A stretch of DNA of 64,000 bases from Gracilinanus agilis. Its lineage: Eukaryota. Positions 49,028-60,479 of the stretch are shown one piece after another; positions within the stretch are counted from its first letter, which is position 1, and every line of letters begins with the position of its first letter. The stretch lies in contig NC_058131.1 in the NCBI RefSeq assembly GCF_016433145.1, positions 611,962,698 to 612,026,697 of the forward strand. The letters are read 5' to 3'. The translations under genes were made by a program, and so were the position numbers. The notes under the pieces were generated by a model. The model searched no databases, was not told where the DNA came from, and saw nothing but the letters and a program-made list of their open reading frames with translations.

Positions 49028-49066
49028 AAGTTGGGGAAATGATGGAAGGTGGCGGGGGTGGAAGGC

Positions 49067-49431
49067 TCACCAGTCCCGCTCAGAGGGCTCACGGTATGGC
49101 AGGCCCAAAAGTTTGAAGACATCCTTCTCTGTGGGGGTGGGCAATGCCCGGCCTGGCCCCACCTTGACACCATGGCCATCACGCACAATGGCAGTGCTGA
49201 GTGCATGTTCTGACAAGCTCATGCCCTTTGTTTTGGCCAGTGCCCTCATGGAGCGGTTAAAGTAGGCAGAGCCAGTGAAATACAGTAAGGCACAGGCAAA
49301 CTCACTATAGGGCACCACAATGATGTCCAAGCGCCGGTGGTGCCGGCCAGGCCCTGGCAACTGGCACACGCCCAGGTACTTCTGCTGCTGCCCATTATCA
49401 TCCTGGCTGACCAGGTCATCTGTCAGGAACC
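49067..49431 (-). CDS. POLL: POLL last coding exon, palm/thumb (RRLDII, YFTGS), stop TGA
   Basis: GFLTDDLV...[32 protein letters not shown]...REPSERDW*; 365 nt. Total CDS 1683 nt = 560 aa. Confidence 0.97.
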
Positions 49432-49744
49432 CTGCACCAGGATGGCCAGGAAGAAGAGGGAATTAGGAGATGGAGAGAAGAGTCTAAAACCTCCCCCCAA
49501 CTCCAATCTCTTTTCTCCTTGTGCTCTGAGAAATACAGATCATCAGGAGCACAAGCTTCTTTGAGACAGCTCCAGGAAAGAAAGTGATCTGTCTGATGTC
49601 ATATAGCTAATCAACTCAGGGCTTGAATCCAGGCCTCCTGATTCCCATCCAGGCCTCTCTTGGTTCCCTCCCCACTTGGTGCCCCCACTTCTCCCCAGGC
49701 TTTATCCTTTAAGGAGCCTCCTGGCCACACCTGGAGCCCCATAC

Positions 49745-49913
49745 CTCGTTTCCGAAGGGCATCCAGGAGCCGACTGAAGATGCCCTGATGAGACCGTCCA
49801 TCTGGGTGAGTGACCAGCACATCAACATCCCCACACGTAGCCTTACCCCGGCGATAGGAGCCACATGCCACAGAGAGCAACCCAGGATTGAGAGTATGAG
49901 CTGTCTCCCGGAC
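49745..49913 (-). CDS. POLL: POLL coding exon 7, palm with GSYRRG and DVD catalytic aspartates
   Basis: [32 protein letters not shown]; 169 nt; donor G|GTATGG. Confidence 0.97.
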
Positions 49914-50169
49914 CTGCAAGGTGCAGAAGCAGAGGTTTTGGTGATCAGGTGCCTATCCCTCTCTGGGCCTGAGGCATTCATAACTCAAGGTCCAAGAATG
50001 GTCCCAGGAGGGCAGGTGATAGGCTGAGAGAATAAGGAACAGAAACTAAGTGCCCTTGGGCAGGAAAATGAATGGACAGGAAGAGGGTACAGGCCATCCT
50101 CTACCTTTAATAAAGAAAAAGATGGCAATGGGTTAAATGAACAGGTGAGACTGAGATTAAATGGACATT

Positions 50170-51560
50170 AGGCCTGACTAACAGAAAAGGGCCATTTCCA
50201 AACCCTCCTTTTAACTACTGGCTCTTTCCTTTTCACCTTCAAGCATCCCCACATCTTCATCCTTAAAAAGTATTCATTGGACCCAATCATCCTCTGAAGC
50301 TTTGGTCCTGTAGCTTTCCTCCTTTTAATAGCCGGATACCTAGAAAAAAGCTGGGCACACCTCCCTGCAATTTGGTCTCCATCTACTACTGAACTGGTAC
50401 CTTTTCTCCAGGGTATCCCAGTCCTCATCATGACCTCTCAGACACATCTGACAATGCTGACCACCCTTTCATGAGGGATACTCTCTCCTCCATGATTTCT
50501 CCCAATACTGTTCTGTGGCAGACAATCCTTTTTTATCTTGTTTGCAGGAAAAGTCCTGCCCTCTAAGCAGGGGTGTACCTTAGGGTACTATCCTAAGCTC
50601 TCTCTTCTTTTCTCTCAACTCTTATCTGGTGATCTCATCAACCCCCCTGGATTCAACTCTTGTCACTATACAAATGACTCTCAAATCTACACATCTCTCT
50701 CCTAAGCTCTATCTGGCTCCTGGCCATCTGTACCCAGATGGCCCACGGGTACCTGAAATTCAAAGTGTCCAAAAGAAGATTCATTATCTTTCCTCCTAAA
50801 CACATCCCTCCTCCTGGCTGTCCTATTTTTACTGAGGACACCATCACTCTTCTGATCATTCAGATTCAAAGCCTCAGAATCATCTTCAACTCTTACTCTT
50901 ACTCACTCCCCGATGCCAATCAGCTGCCAAGCACTTGGGATTCTACCTCCTCCTCCCCTCACATCAAGCCCTTTTTTCTCTATTCCTCCCACAATCAGCC
51001 TGCTACAGGCCCTCCCTCACTATTTATCACCTGGTCTACATGATGGCCTCCTAATCATTTTTCCTCCTTGAAGTCACTCCTCTCTCCAAATCATCCTTCA
51101 GAAGACCAGATATTCTTGGAGCTTCACTCTGATCACATCCCCTCTTGCTCAGGCAGCCTCAAGAAGCTCCCATTGCCCTTAGGATTGAATGCCATGTCCT
51201 ATTTGGCATTGAAAGACCTTCACAATTTGGGTCTAGCTGACTCCTCCTCAGATGCTTTTGATCCAACCAAAAAGACTTGCTTTCATCTCCCCATGGATGA
51301 CACTGTATTTCCCATCTCCACATTTTTGCACAGGTTGGGGGCTGGAATGCCCTTCCTCTTTACCACCACTTTCTAGAGATCTTTACTCCCTTCAAGGTTC
51401 AGTTCAACTACCAACTCCTTCAAGAAAACACTTTTCCTGATTCCTCCGGTTAGCACATACCTCCCCATTCTTATATATTTTGTATGTTTATTTTTCTGGA
51501 TTTTTTTTAAATCTAGGAACATATCATATCCCTCTAGTAGAATATAAGCTCCTTGAGAGC
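50170..51560 (+). mobile_element. L2 LINE remnant in POLL intron
   Basis: Typical L2 pyrimidine-rich 3' region ending TAAGCTCCTTGAGAGCAGGGACT. Confidence 0.7.
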
Positions 51561-53372
51561 AGGGACTACCTCATTTTTTAATATGTATTGGGCCTATCCC
51601 AAGGGAAAGGAGGAGGAAGTATAATTCTATCAAAAGTATCTGAACTATGGTGGGTCCTAAATAAATCCTTGCTGATTAACTGATTTATTTAGCACTGTAA
51701 CAAGTCACTGAGGGAGGTTGTAGAGTCAGTCCTCCTCAAATAGTTAATATTCTCCCAAATGTAACTAGGGGGATAGACTAACCTAAGCACCACCCCCTAG
51801 TATCTATAAATATAGGTTAGAAGATGGGGAGTATGAGGGAGAGGGGGGTCCAGAACTGACCAGGTGCCCAGCATCCAGAGCCCAGTCTTTGATGGGGAGG
51901 GGGAAGGAGGAGAAGTCTATACCCTATTTTCTTATGGCTTGAAACAAGGGATGATTTTCAACCCTAGGATTATCCTTCATTAAGGAGAGATAAACTCATT
52001 AGATTCCATCCTAGAGCCACTGAGATCTTTCTCATGCAGATGGCCTTCCCACCTTCTCCCCTGGAAATGAAGATTTTTGTGGCCTTCCAAAGGATGGAAC
52101 CGGGCCTCCTCGGTTGTCTCCGGACAAGAGGCATCCACTAATCCTTTAATTCGGTTCTTGGGCCTATCCCAAGGGAAGGGAGGAGGAATCGTAATGCTAT
52201 CAAAAGGCCTCAGAAGCAGACCCAAAGCTTCTGTCTGTTCAAATAGGGAAGAGAAGTGCTTCTGATCTAATCTAAGTTGGGGGAGGGGAGGAGAGGGGGA
52301 GAGGAAGGGGGATGGGAGAGTGTATTCTTTATGCCTGGGTACCGTGAATGAGTGACAATGTCAGCAGGAATGGTTTTGCCACTGTGATGGATGGACACAG
52401 GGATGACACAAACTAATCTTGTGCCTGTCCCCAGGGGTCTCCCCATCCTCACTCTATGCCCCACATTGTCCCTCTTGTCTCTCATAGAACATTCTCTCTT
52501 TAACGGGCTTTTCTGGCCCTGGTGGTCAAAGGGCTTGAGGATGAGAGAAGGAAAGACAAATTCAATTCAATTTTAAAAACGTTGCAGTATCTGTTGTGTT
52601 TGAGACCATGCCCATTTAAACTCAATCAGAGGCAGCCCTGCCATGTCACCCAACCTCACCCTACCACTAAATAAATGACTACCCCAATGATAACTCTGCC
52701 CCAAATCAACCTCCAGTCTAACCCGAACACAATCAACTTCAGATACAAGCCTACACTAGCATTACTCTAAGAGGAAGTATTGTCCAGTACAGAGTAACCC
52801 TGGCTTGGGACAGGTACTTAGGCTTTGGTCCCAGCCCCGTCTGTCATTAATAGCCCGGTCACTTTGGCATACTTCACCCTAGAGCCTTAGTGCCTTCTCC
52901 AAGAGAGTGAAACCGGACCCTCTCCAAGGGCTAACTTCATGCTAACTCCAGCCTTCACCCACCTCTGAGCTAACCTTCATCTTCATACAAATCTTAAGCC
53001 TCAGTCCTAGAAAGAAGACGTGGAGATGAGGGCAGTGACTTTGGAGATAGCCACTCTGCCCATGAGCAGTATGGAGACACATCTTCCCACCTCCATCTCT
53101 GTTCTCTCTCCCTTCCTTCACCCCGTAACATGTTGTGGATGCTTCCCATTTGGGGACTTTTAGGAAAGCCAAAAGAGACAGTGCACTCTCCTTCACTCTC
53201 GGCCTCTTGTGACTCCACTGCCTTTCCTAGCTGCCCGATTCTTGCTTCCCAGTCTCCTTGGGCAGAGCTCATTATGGCTCATCATGGAGGACACATGACC
53301 TTGTGTACTTCCTATGAAAATCTGTTCACTTCCCCTCCCCACCCATTTCCCCAACTTAGGGTTTCTGCTCAC

Positions 53373-53501
53373 AGTTTTCTCGATCTCTGCTGCCTCTTCC
53401 CTGGGTATGCGCTCGAGGAAGTCCTCATAATGCTTTAAGCCAATAGCCTGCTGAGTACTCAGGGTGGCCTGACTTTGAATGTCCTCCAGAGTCCGGAAGC
53501 C
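53373..53501 (-). CDS. POLL: POLL coding exon 6
   Basis: [43 protein letters not shown]; 129 nt; TTTTTCAG| acceptor, ACT|GTGAGC donor. Confidence 0.96.
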
Positions 53502-53932
53502 CTGAAAAAGCCAGCCATGCAGTAGGAGGTAGTGAGGTCCCAGGACCAGTAGCACTCAGATCCACTACTTGAAAAGGGTCCCAGAATCTACCCAATCTCA
53601 GGGGAAGGATTGATGGGAGAGCAACCCTAGGAAAACAGGGTCTGTGCTTAGAAAGAACCAGGAAATGTGGAATCTTTTCTTTCCCAGGAAGGTAATAATA
53701 GGAAGCACCCTGAGCTCATAGGGAACAAGAGCCTCTGGGGCAGTTCTGGGAAATAGGGAAGGGGACAAGGTAGGAGAAGCAGGTTCAGATAAGCTCTGAC
53801 TTCCATCTGAGGAGAGAGTCCATTTAGATTTTATGTTTCCAGCAAAGGGCAAGTCTAAATTGCAGCCCAATAAAGTGAGGTCACCAACAAGGAGCTCAAT
53901 AGCAGTGGGCAGGGGGTAGGCAGAGTAGTGAC

Positions 53933-54106
53933 CTGCTGGTACCACATCTGGGCAGTCTTGGCTCCCACTCCCCAGATGTTGGAGAAGAGCTCTAGGACAG
54001 GTACACTGTCACTGATATGGTCCAGTTTCCGAAGATGACCACTCTCGACAATCTCCATGATCTTCTCTGCCATGCGCTTTCCAATCCCTGGGATGCCACA
54101 GGCTTC
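53933..54106 (-). CDS. POLL: POLL coding exon 5, HhH/fingers
   Basis: [58 protein letters not shown]; 174 nt. Confidence 0.97.
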
Positions 54107-54344
54107 CTATGGAATGTGGTAACAGTGATACAAGGATGGTAGAAGAGGCGAAGGGGGACCTCGATGAACAAGATACACCTGTGCTGGGCTGGGGTGCTTC
54201 CTGAAGCTCAGGATGGCAGAAAGTTGCAGTTATGTAACCCTAGAGTTCAGAGTTAAATATAGGGTAATAATTCTAAGGATAAGGAGGCTTCGGGAGTATG
54301 TGCTGACAAAATCAAAGGAGAAAGACACCATGTGCATGCAGTAT

Positions 54345-55025
54345 GAATTGCTAGGACTGTTTCCTACCACCTTAGCTTAGGCCCTCAACTCCTCTCACCT
54401 AGACAACTGCAATGACAGTCCTTCCTCATCCTACCAGTCCATCATAGACCCTGCTACCAAAATAACTGTCCTTCAGTGCAGATTTGACAATGAAATTTCC
54501 CACTCAACCAGCTCCAGTGACTTCCAGTTGCCTCTAGCATCAAACATATGATCCTCTGTTAAGATTTGAAAGCCTTACACAACCTGGCCCCAGCTTCTCT
54601 TTCTAGTCTCACTAAATATGCCTTTCCCTCCCATGCTTTGCCAATCTAGCCACCTGACCTTTGCTCCACTCTTCATCCATTACCATCTCTCCCGCCTCTC
54701 TACTTTTGCTCTAGAAACTCATCCATCCTCTGTGTCTGGAAAGTCTTCCCTCCTTTTCTCACTCCCTTCGAGATGTAACTCAAGCACCAGTTTCTTTGTG
54801 AAATCCTTTCTGATTCCCTTACTTCTGGGGCCCTCCCTCCTAAACTACCTTGTACTCAACTAGTTGGCATGCATTTTTACTTATTTACTTCATGTTTTTG
54901 CTATATGTATTTTTACATTTATTTTCTGACTTTCTTCTTGTAAGAAAGCTTCCTGCAGCAGGAATTGTTTTATTCTTTGTGCTTGTATCTCTAGTGCCTG
55001 GCACACAGTAGGTGTTTAATACTCT
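54345..55025 (+). mobile_element. L2 remnant in POLL intron
   Basis: Ends GTGCCTGGCACACAGTAGGTGTTTAATA (L2 3' end). Confidence 0.7.
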
Positions 55026-55240
55026 GTTGAGTGGCTGTCTCCTTGCTAGTTGGAAGAAGACCCCTTCATTGACCTTCCTGAGCCCTAATCAGAACAGGCA
55101 TTCCTCAATGGCAGAATTGTTTCCTTTCCCTCAGAATGAGGTCCTCACCCTTCAGACTAGGGTTCTCTGTGAGTAGGAGCCATGACTCCCTCCTGAGACA
55201 TAGGGCTCTGCTCCTACCCTGAGGTATTCAGGACTCCTAC

Positions 55241-55558
55241 CTGGTAGGAAGAAACAGGCTTGGGAAAGCTCTTGAGGGCATTAATAGCCTTGGAGTAGCC
55301 TAGAGTCCGCCATCTGTCACCTTGGACAGCATAGGCTTTAGCCAGTACTTCCAGCTTCTCTGTAATGTGAAGGTTGTGGTTGGTCATCTTCTGACTAGAG
55401 GGTTGGGCACACACCCACTTATCACTGAGGTTAGGAGCCAGGCTGGGCTCAGTGTCTCCCTCAGGGGTGCTTGGGTATCGGCCAGTGATCAGGGCTTCCA
55501 GGTCATCAGGGGTAACCTGTACTTCCTCTTCATCACTGTCTTCATCATCAGAGTTAGC
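55241..55558 (-). CDS. POLL: POLL coding exon 4, linker and 8-kDa dRP-lyase domain
   Basis: [52 protein letters not shown]; 318 nt; AAG| acceptor, CAG|GTAGGA donor. Confidence 0.97.
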
Positions 55559-55975
55559 CTTGGTATAGAGAACAAACATAATTAATTCCAGCCTTCCCCT
55601 CCCTTTCTCTTCCCTCTAACCGGGGCATCCCAAGGACAGAGGCCGTCACTACTCCCTTAGTTTGGAATTTTCTTGAGCTTGGGAGTTGGCTATCCTCTCT
55701 CAGATGCAGACTCTTCCATCATTTTAGGGACTCCAAGAAGGGAGGGATCATATTTCCCTCCATCAGAGAGGGAAGAAAGCGGTCCTTTCTTCCTCCCACA
55801 GCACTCAGCTCATGGCTCTGCCCCAAACCAGTGGTGAGGTGGTACATAGTACTGACTGAATGTAGGGGGAGAAAATCACGAAATTTTCCAAACTATTTTC
55901 AGGTCTTTACCCCTGGGCACAGGCTACAAGATGCTGAGTTTCCTGAAGGTCTCCCAGTTTCCTACAGCACCTAAC

Positions 55976-56096
55976 CTGTGGCTGGATGCTCAATTGTGAG
56001 TGTGGTTCCTGGGATTGGGCCAAAAGAGCAACAGAAGAAAGCACTGAAGTTCCAGAGGGCCCTGGTTGGAAAGACATGTCTGTCTTGTTCAGGAAC
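55976..56096 (-). CDS. POLL: POLL coding exon 3, Ser/Pro-rich linker
   Basis: Acceptor CTCTCTCTACAG|, donor CAG|GTTAGG; 121 nt, phase 2 to 0, restores frame between flanking exons. Confidence 0.85.
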
Positions 56097-56341
56097 CTGT
56101 AGAGAGAGTGAAAAAGTAGCATGCTATGCCACCACAGTTCTAATTTCTAGGCTGCACTGAGACCTTTCCTGCCCTGGGCTTTAGTTTGACCATTTGTCCA
56201 GTGGGGATAATGAAATCCAACTTCTCTAAGAATTAGCAAAAAACCATGGGTGAGTGGTACCTTTGGTGGTTCAGCTGAGGGCAGTTCAGTGGGGCATTTG
56301 CTCCAGCAAATGAAAAGATGACACAGTGAGGCTGGGCTCAC

Positions 56342-56636
56342 CTGTTAGGAATGATGACATGGAATCCAGCAGTGTCCACCAGTTTCTGCTCCTGTAAACA
56401 CTGGCTCAGCCATGCTGACTTCACCAGCTGGGCCCCAAGGGGCAGCTGCGGTAGCTTAAGGAGGCGTAGGGCTCGCTCACCATCCACAGTTTCATCCACC
56501 ACAATGTGAGTGATCCCTGGGGCCTTAGGGGAGCAGATTTGGCCCCCATGCTGAATGATTTGCTTCTCAAAGATCTCTGCCCGGGCTCGACCGATGCCCA
56601 CTGGTAGCACGTGGACTTGCAGTGTGCTCAGCCACT
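56342..56636 (-). CDS. POLL: POLL coding exon 2, BRCT domain
   Basis: [32 protein letters not shown]...[16 protein letters not shown]; acceptor TGCAG|, donor AG|GTGAGC; 295 nt. Confidence 0.96.
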
Positions 56637-57377
56637 CTGCACAAGAATCATTCCAGTTCTCATCAGCACCTGCCCTCTCCCTTCTCTAGCTTCAACTTGA
56701 AGAATGGATCAAAGAATGAGCAAGATACAGTGAAAAGACTGCTGCCTGTGGAGTCAGCTAAGATTAGGATTCAAAGCCTGCTTTTTACACATTCCTTGCA
56801 TAAAAAGTCACTTAACTCTCTGATCCTGTGTTTCCTGACCTATAAAATGGGGAGGATATTACCCCTTACCTATGTAACAGAGTTGTTGTGAGGCAAATGC
56901 AATGAGTTGTTTGTTATTATGGAATAACTCCCTCCTTTTTTAACTCTTCTGTTGCTCCTCTCCCTGAAACTGCAGCTCAGGGCAGCCTCCTCCAGGAAGC
57001 TCCAAACTGCCAGTAGAATCCTGGCCTTGTACCCTTCCAGAATTACTCTAGCAGAAAGGGCAATTGACATTATCTTCCTCCAGGAGTCCCTCTGAGGGCA
57101 CAGGCCCTTCCCAAGGGACTCAGTTCAGAGCTCTGCTCCTCAAATCCTTTTTAGGCCTCTAACTGTCCTACTCACATTGAGGACTTGGGCAAGATGGCCT
57201 AAATGAATCCAAGGCCAAGTTTGGGGGGAAGTGGGGTACAATAGGTCAATAGTCTCTAAGGGATAAGTTGGAAATCAGGGCTTCCTTGCATGGTTGATTT
57301 TAGACACATTCAATGTGGGAGAGAGGAGGCTGGATGACACATGGGGGTTAGGGGAGAAGAGAGAGAATAGGGTTCAC

Positions 57378-57489
57378 CTCCAGCTTCTGCTTTTTCCTTC
57401 TTGGGAATCTTCAAAAGTCCACTCCCATCAGACTCAGTTCTCATTTTCTTCCGTTTGGGAAAGGCCTTCAAGATCCCTCGAGGCTCCAT
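57378..57489 (-). CDS. POLL: DNA polymerase lambda, first coding exon (MEPRGILKAFPKRKK...)
   Basis: ATG at 57489, NLS-like PKRKK, 112 nt, donor G|GTGAAC, phase 1; upstream acceptor near 57516. Confidence 0.93.
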
Positions 57490-58719
57490 GGCTAGGGGTG
57501 AGTCTGGCCCCTTCTCTTTGAGGATAAATTAAGACAGAAAAGTAGGTGAGGAAGGGCAAGGATTTCCCCTCTTTTGCCCCCAAAAAGTCAGAGTTAAGTT
57601 GGTTAGTTGGTTGTTGTCCTTCAACTTAAAGAGGACCAAAATGACAACACTAGTGATGTCTTTTGACTCTTAAATAAATTGGATTTAAGTGAGGCTGCTG
57701 TATAAAGCTATTGGCTTCGCACTCTTCCAAAATTATTGAAAACAGTGAGATAAGGGAGCTGTCCCAGGACCTATCCAGGAATTATAAATGAACTAGGCTT
57801 TGGTCATAGCTGACTGGGGCAGACTTGTTGTCTTACCTCTGAATTAGGTATGGACCACTAGGTAGTTTTTCCAGAGAGGAGAATGGGACCCATCCTTGAG
57901 GGAACTTGACCCAAGCACAGGGCCCTACCTGGCTCCTAATTCTCAATAGCTTTCTGAAGTAAAGATATGGAAAGAAGTTATTCAATCAGGAAAATGAATA
58001 GTCAGCAAGGACCTAATAGTCTCTGTATAGCACAAAAAGGACAAAGTTTGGAGCAGGGACTAGAGTTCATATTTTGTTAAAAATAGCCATTGTTACACAT
58101 GGAGAATATAAAAAGACCTTGTTTTTGGATTTGGAACTTAAGATTCTAGGTACAAAATCCAGTTCTACACTTACTACCACTGTGAACTTGGGTGAAACAC
58201 TGAACATCTTCAGGTCTCAGTTCCCACACTGTTCAAATGAAGACGTTGGACTGGATGACTCCTGAGGTCCCTTCCAGCTTCTAATACATGATCAAACAAT
58301 AGTAATAATATAAGACTCACATAATACCAGGCAGATATTATATGCAAGGAACTCAAGTGCCAAGAAAACACTTGTAGCTTGGTGCGGGAAGAATTGCAGG
58401 GAGTTTGGGAGACGTTCGGACAACTCCCTTATGCAGAGCTTTATTCTGATGTTGGGGAAGGGCCTGGGCTATCCTGAAGGTGGAAGCTCAGGGGTATTAT
58501 TACTGAATAGGACTTTCCCTAGCTGTGGCTAGGCACCTTACCTCTGCTTGCCTCAGTTTCCTTAGCTGTGAAATGGAGATTTCTGATCATCCTCATTAGG
58601 ATAGCACCTACCTCCCTGGGTTGTTGTGAGGCTCAGATGACATAATATGTGCCAGGAACTTGGTACAGGGCCTGGCACACAGTAGGCTCTTAATAAATTC
58701 TTCCTTCCTGGGAATATGG

Positions 58720-59360
58720 GGTGGGAGGGCGGTACTGCCCTCACGCGATGCGGGCTGGTCACCACGTGGGTGAGCTGACGCCAACGACCCGTAATCCCCA
58801 CTCAGGGGCTGGAATCTCTCGGTCAGGCAGGGGCGGCCTGGACTCCCGGGAAGCAGGACGCTCACCCTTAGGTCCGGGCTCTTTAACTGCCCCACCCCCA
58901 CCCTGACTCTAAGTACTCTGGAGACTGGCTAGGAAGGGGGTCACCACCCATACCTGGCTGGACGTCTTCCGGGTCACCCGGAAGCGGCCCTGCGGCGGTG
59001 GTTGCTATGGCATTGCCGGGTCGCGCAGCCCCGGGTAGAGAAGATGGCGGTGCCGGGATGGCTGGAGAGGTTGCGGGCTGCGGAGAAGACGGCCCTGTTG
59101 CAGGACGGTAACACGGGGACAGCACCCCAGACTCCCCAGGCCTGGGCTCGCTCTCCCGGCCCTCCCCCACAGCGGTCGTCCCGGCTGAGGCCAGGACGGA
59201 AGCCGGCCTTGGAACCCCCAGGGGACTGGGGGCTGCCGTCGAACCCCGAGGCCTCGGGGCGGGCGGGGCCTGCGGGGGCGGGGTGGGCTCGGTTCTGGGA
59301 CTTCTAACCCCGCCTCGGTTGGTTGTGAGCTCTATTCCCCGCTTTCGGGTCACCCTTGCC
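58720..59360. promoter_or_regulatory. CpG island / bidirectional POLL-DPCD promoter
   Basis: Dense CpG; inverted ETS pair CTTCCGGGT-C-ACCCGGAAG (58966-58984); YY1-like AAGATGGCGG (59041-59050); candidate POLL non-coding exon 1 donors at 58954 (CAG|GTATGG) and 58866 (G|GTGAGC). Confidence 0.85.
59044..59107 (+). CDS. DPCD: DPCD first coding exon ([22 protein letters not shown]); remaining exons not found in the window
   Basis: Kozak AAGATGG; peptide resembles human DPCD N-terminus ([22 protein letters not shown]); donor G|GTAACA; head-to-head with POLL. Confidence 0.93.
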
Positions 59361-60479
59361 CTGCTCTCGAGGATCTTCCAGGCAGATGGAAGGATGGGCC
59401 AGGATTCAGGGTCCAAAAAGCCAGAGTTCGTGTCCTTCCCACTTGTTTTGTGTGACCATAAAACCTCCCAACCCCTCTACTCTGGGTCTCCGTTTCCTTA
59501 TCTCTGACGTAAGGGGGTTGACCCAAGTGAGCCTGTAGCACTACACCGAAGTCTGTGCTCCAAGGACCCCAGGAACCGGGGATGTACGAGTGAGACTAGG
59601 GCCCAAGGGAGGTCGGGGTAAAGTGCATCTTTGACTGTTCTCCTGCTCCTTCTGCTATCCTTGATACCTCCTCTGGGCTCCCCAGTGGACAAGGAAAAGA
59701 GGAAAACCGATAGCAATGTCCACTACACCAAATCTGGTTGTTGCTTGTCACTGTTGCTACAGGGGTCGTGCTTAAGGAGTGAAACTCGGACTGGTGTCAA
59801 AAAAAAAAAAAAAAAAAAAGGCTTTCGGTTCTTTGAAGAGCTGCATCCTAGCTGTAGTCAGCCCAGAAAACCCAGAGGGTACCATTTCTGTTTTTGTGTG
59901 CATGCCATCTAAGACTTAGTTCCTGGTTCTGGGGAGTTCTAAACCTTTTCTAGAACTGACTTTCACATATTATGCCTGTACTATGCATTTGGGAAGCAAA
60001 AAAGGGCGAGGGGGGAGCACAAGCAAATATTCCGATTCACTTAGAAGTAATATGTGGTGCCCTAATGCAGTCAATCACTTAGAAACTGAAATCCGACTGT
60101 TAAAATACTTGATAACATTGCTACTAATTACCAATAGTACTCAGTCCACTCACTTTTTCTTAATTTCATCTATAAAATGAGGGGGTTGGACTAAATGGTC
60201 TCTAAGGCTTCTTTCAGTTCTAGATTCATTATTTTATAATGGCACAGGGTGTTAGGATTGAGGTGGCATACGTGCTTAGGGATGGTGTGTTCCCTCTGGG
60301 TCTTCTGTAGGCAGGAATAGGCAGAATACTATCTTTATGAGCTGTTCAGAATGGTATTTGGCATGTAGGGTTAGTTTCCAATGGACACAAACTGTCCTCC
60401 CCAAGAATGTGGTGGAGGGGTAGAGGAAAAGACCCAGGCACTATCTATCTCAGTCTAGTGGAAGAGCAATAAATTTTAT

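Noticed and set aside
56097-56341. Possible lineage-specific extra intron after the POLL BRCT exon
   Set aside because: The exon count and sizes fit the nine-exon human structure as I recall it, so it is probably shared.
58883-59416. 177-aa minus-strand ORF over the promoter
   Set aside because: GC-rich CpG-island artefact overlapping DPCD exon 1.
60300-60380. Acceptor-like TCTTCTGTAG as DPCD exon 2
   Set aside because: Translation does not resemble DPCD (RRKVHYLFPDGKEM...); exon 2 is probably beyond the window.
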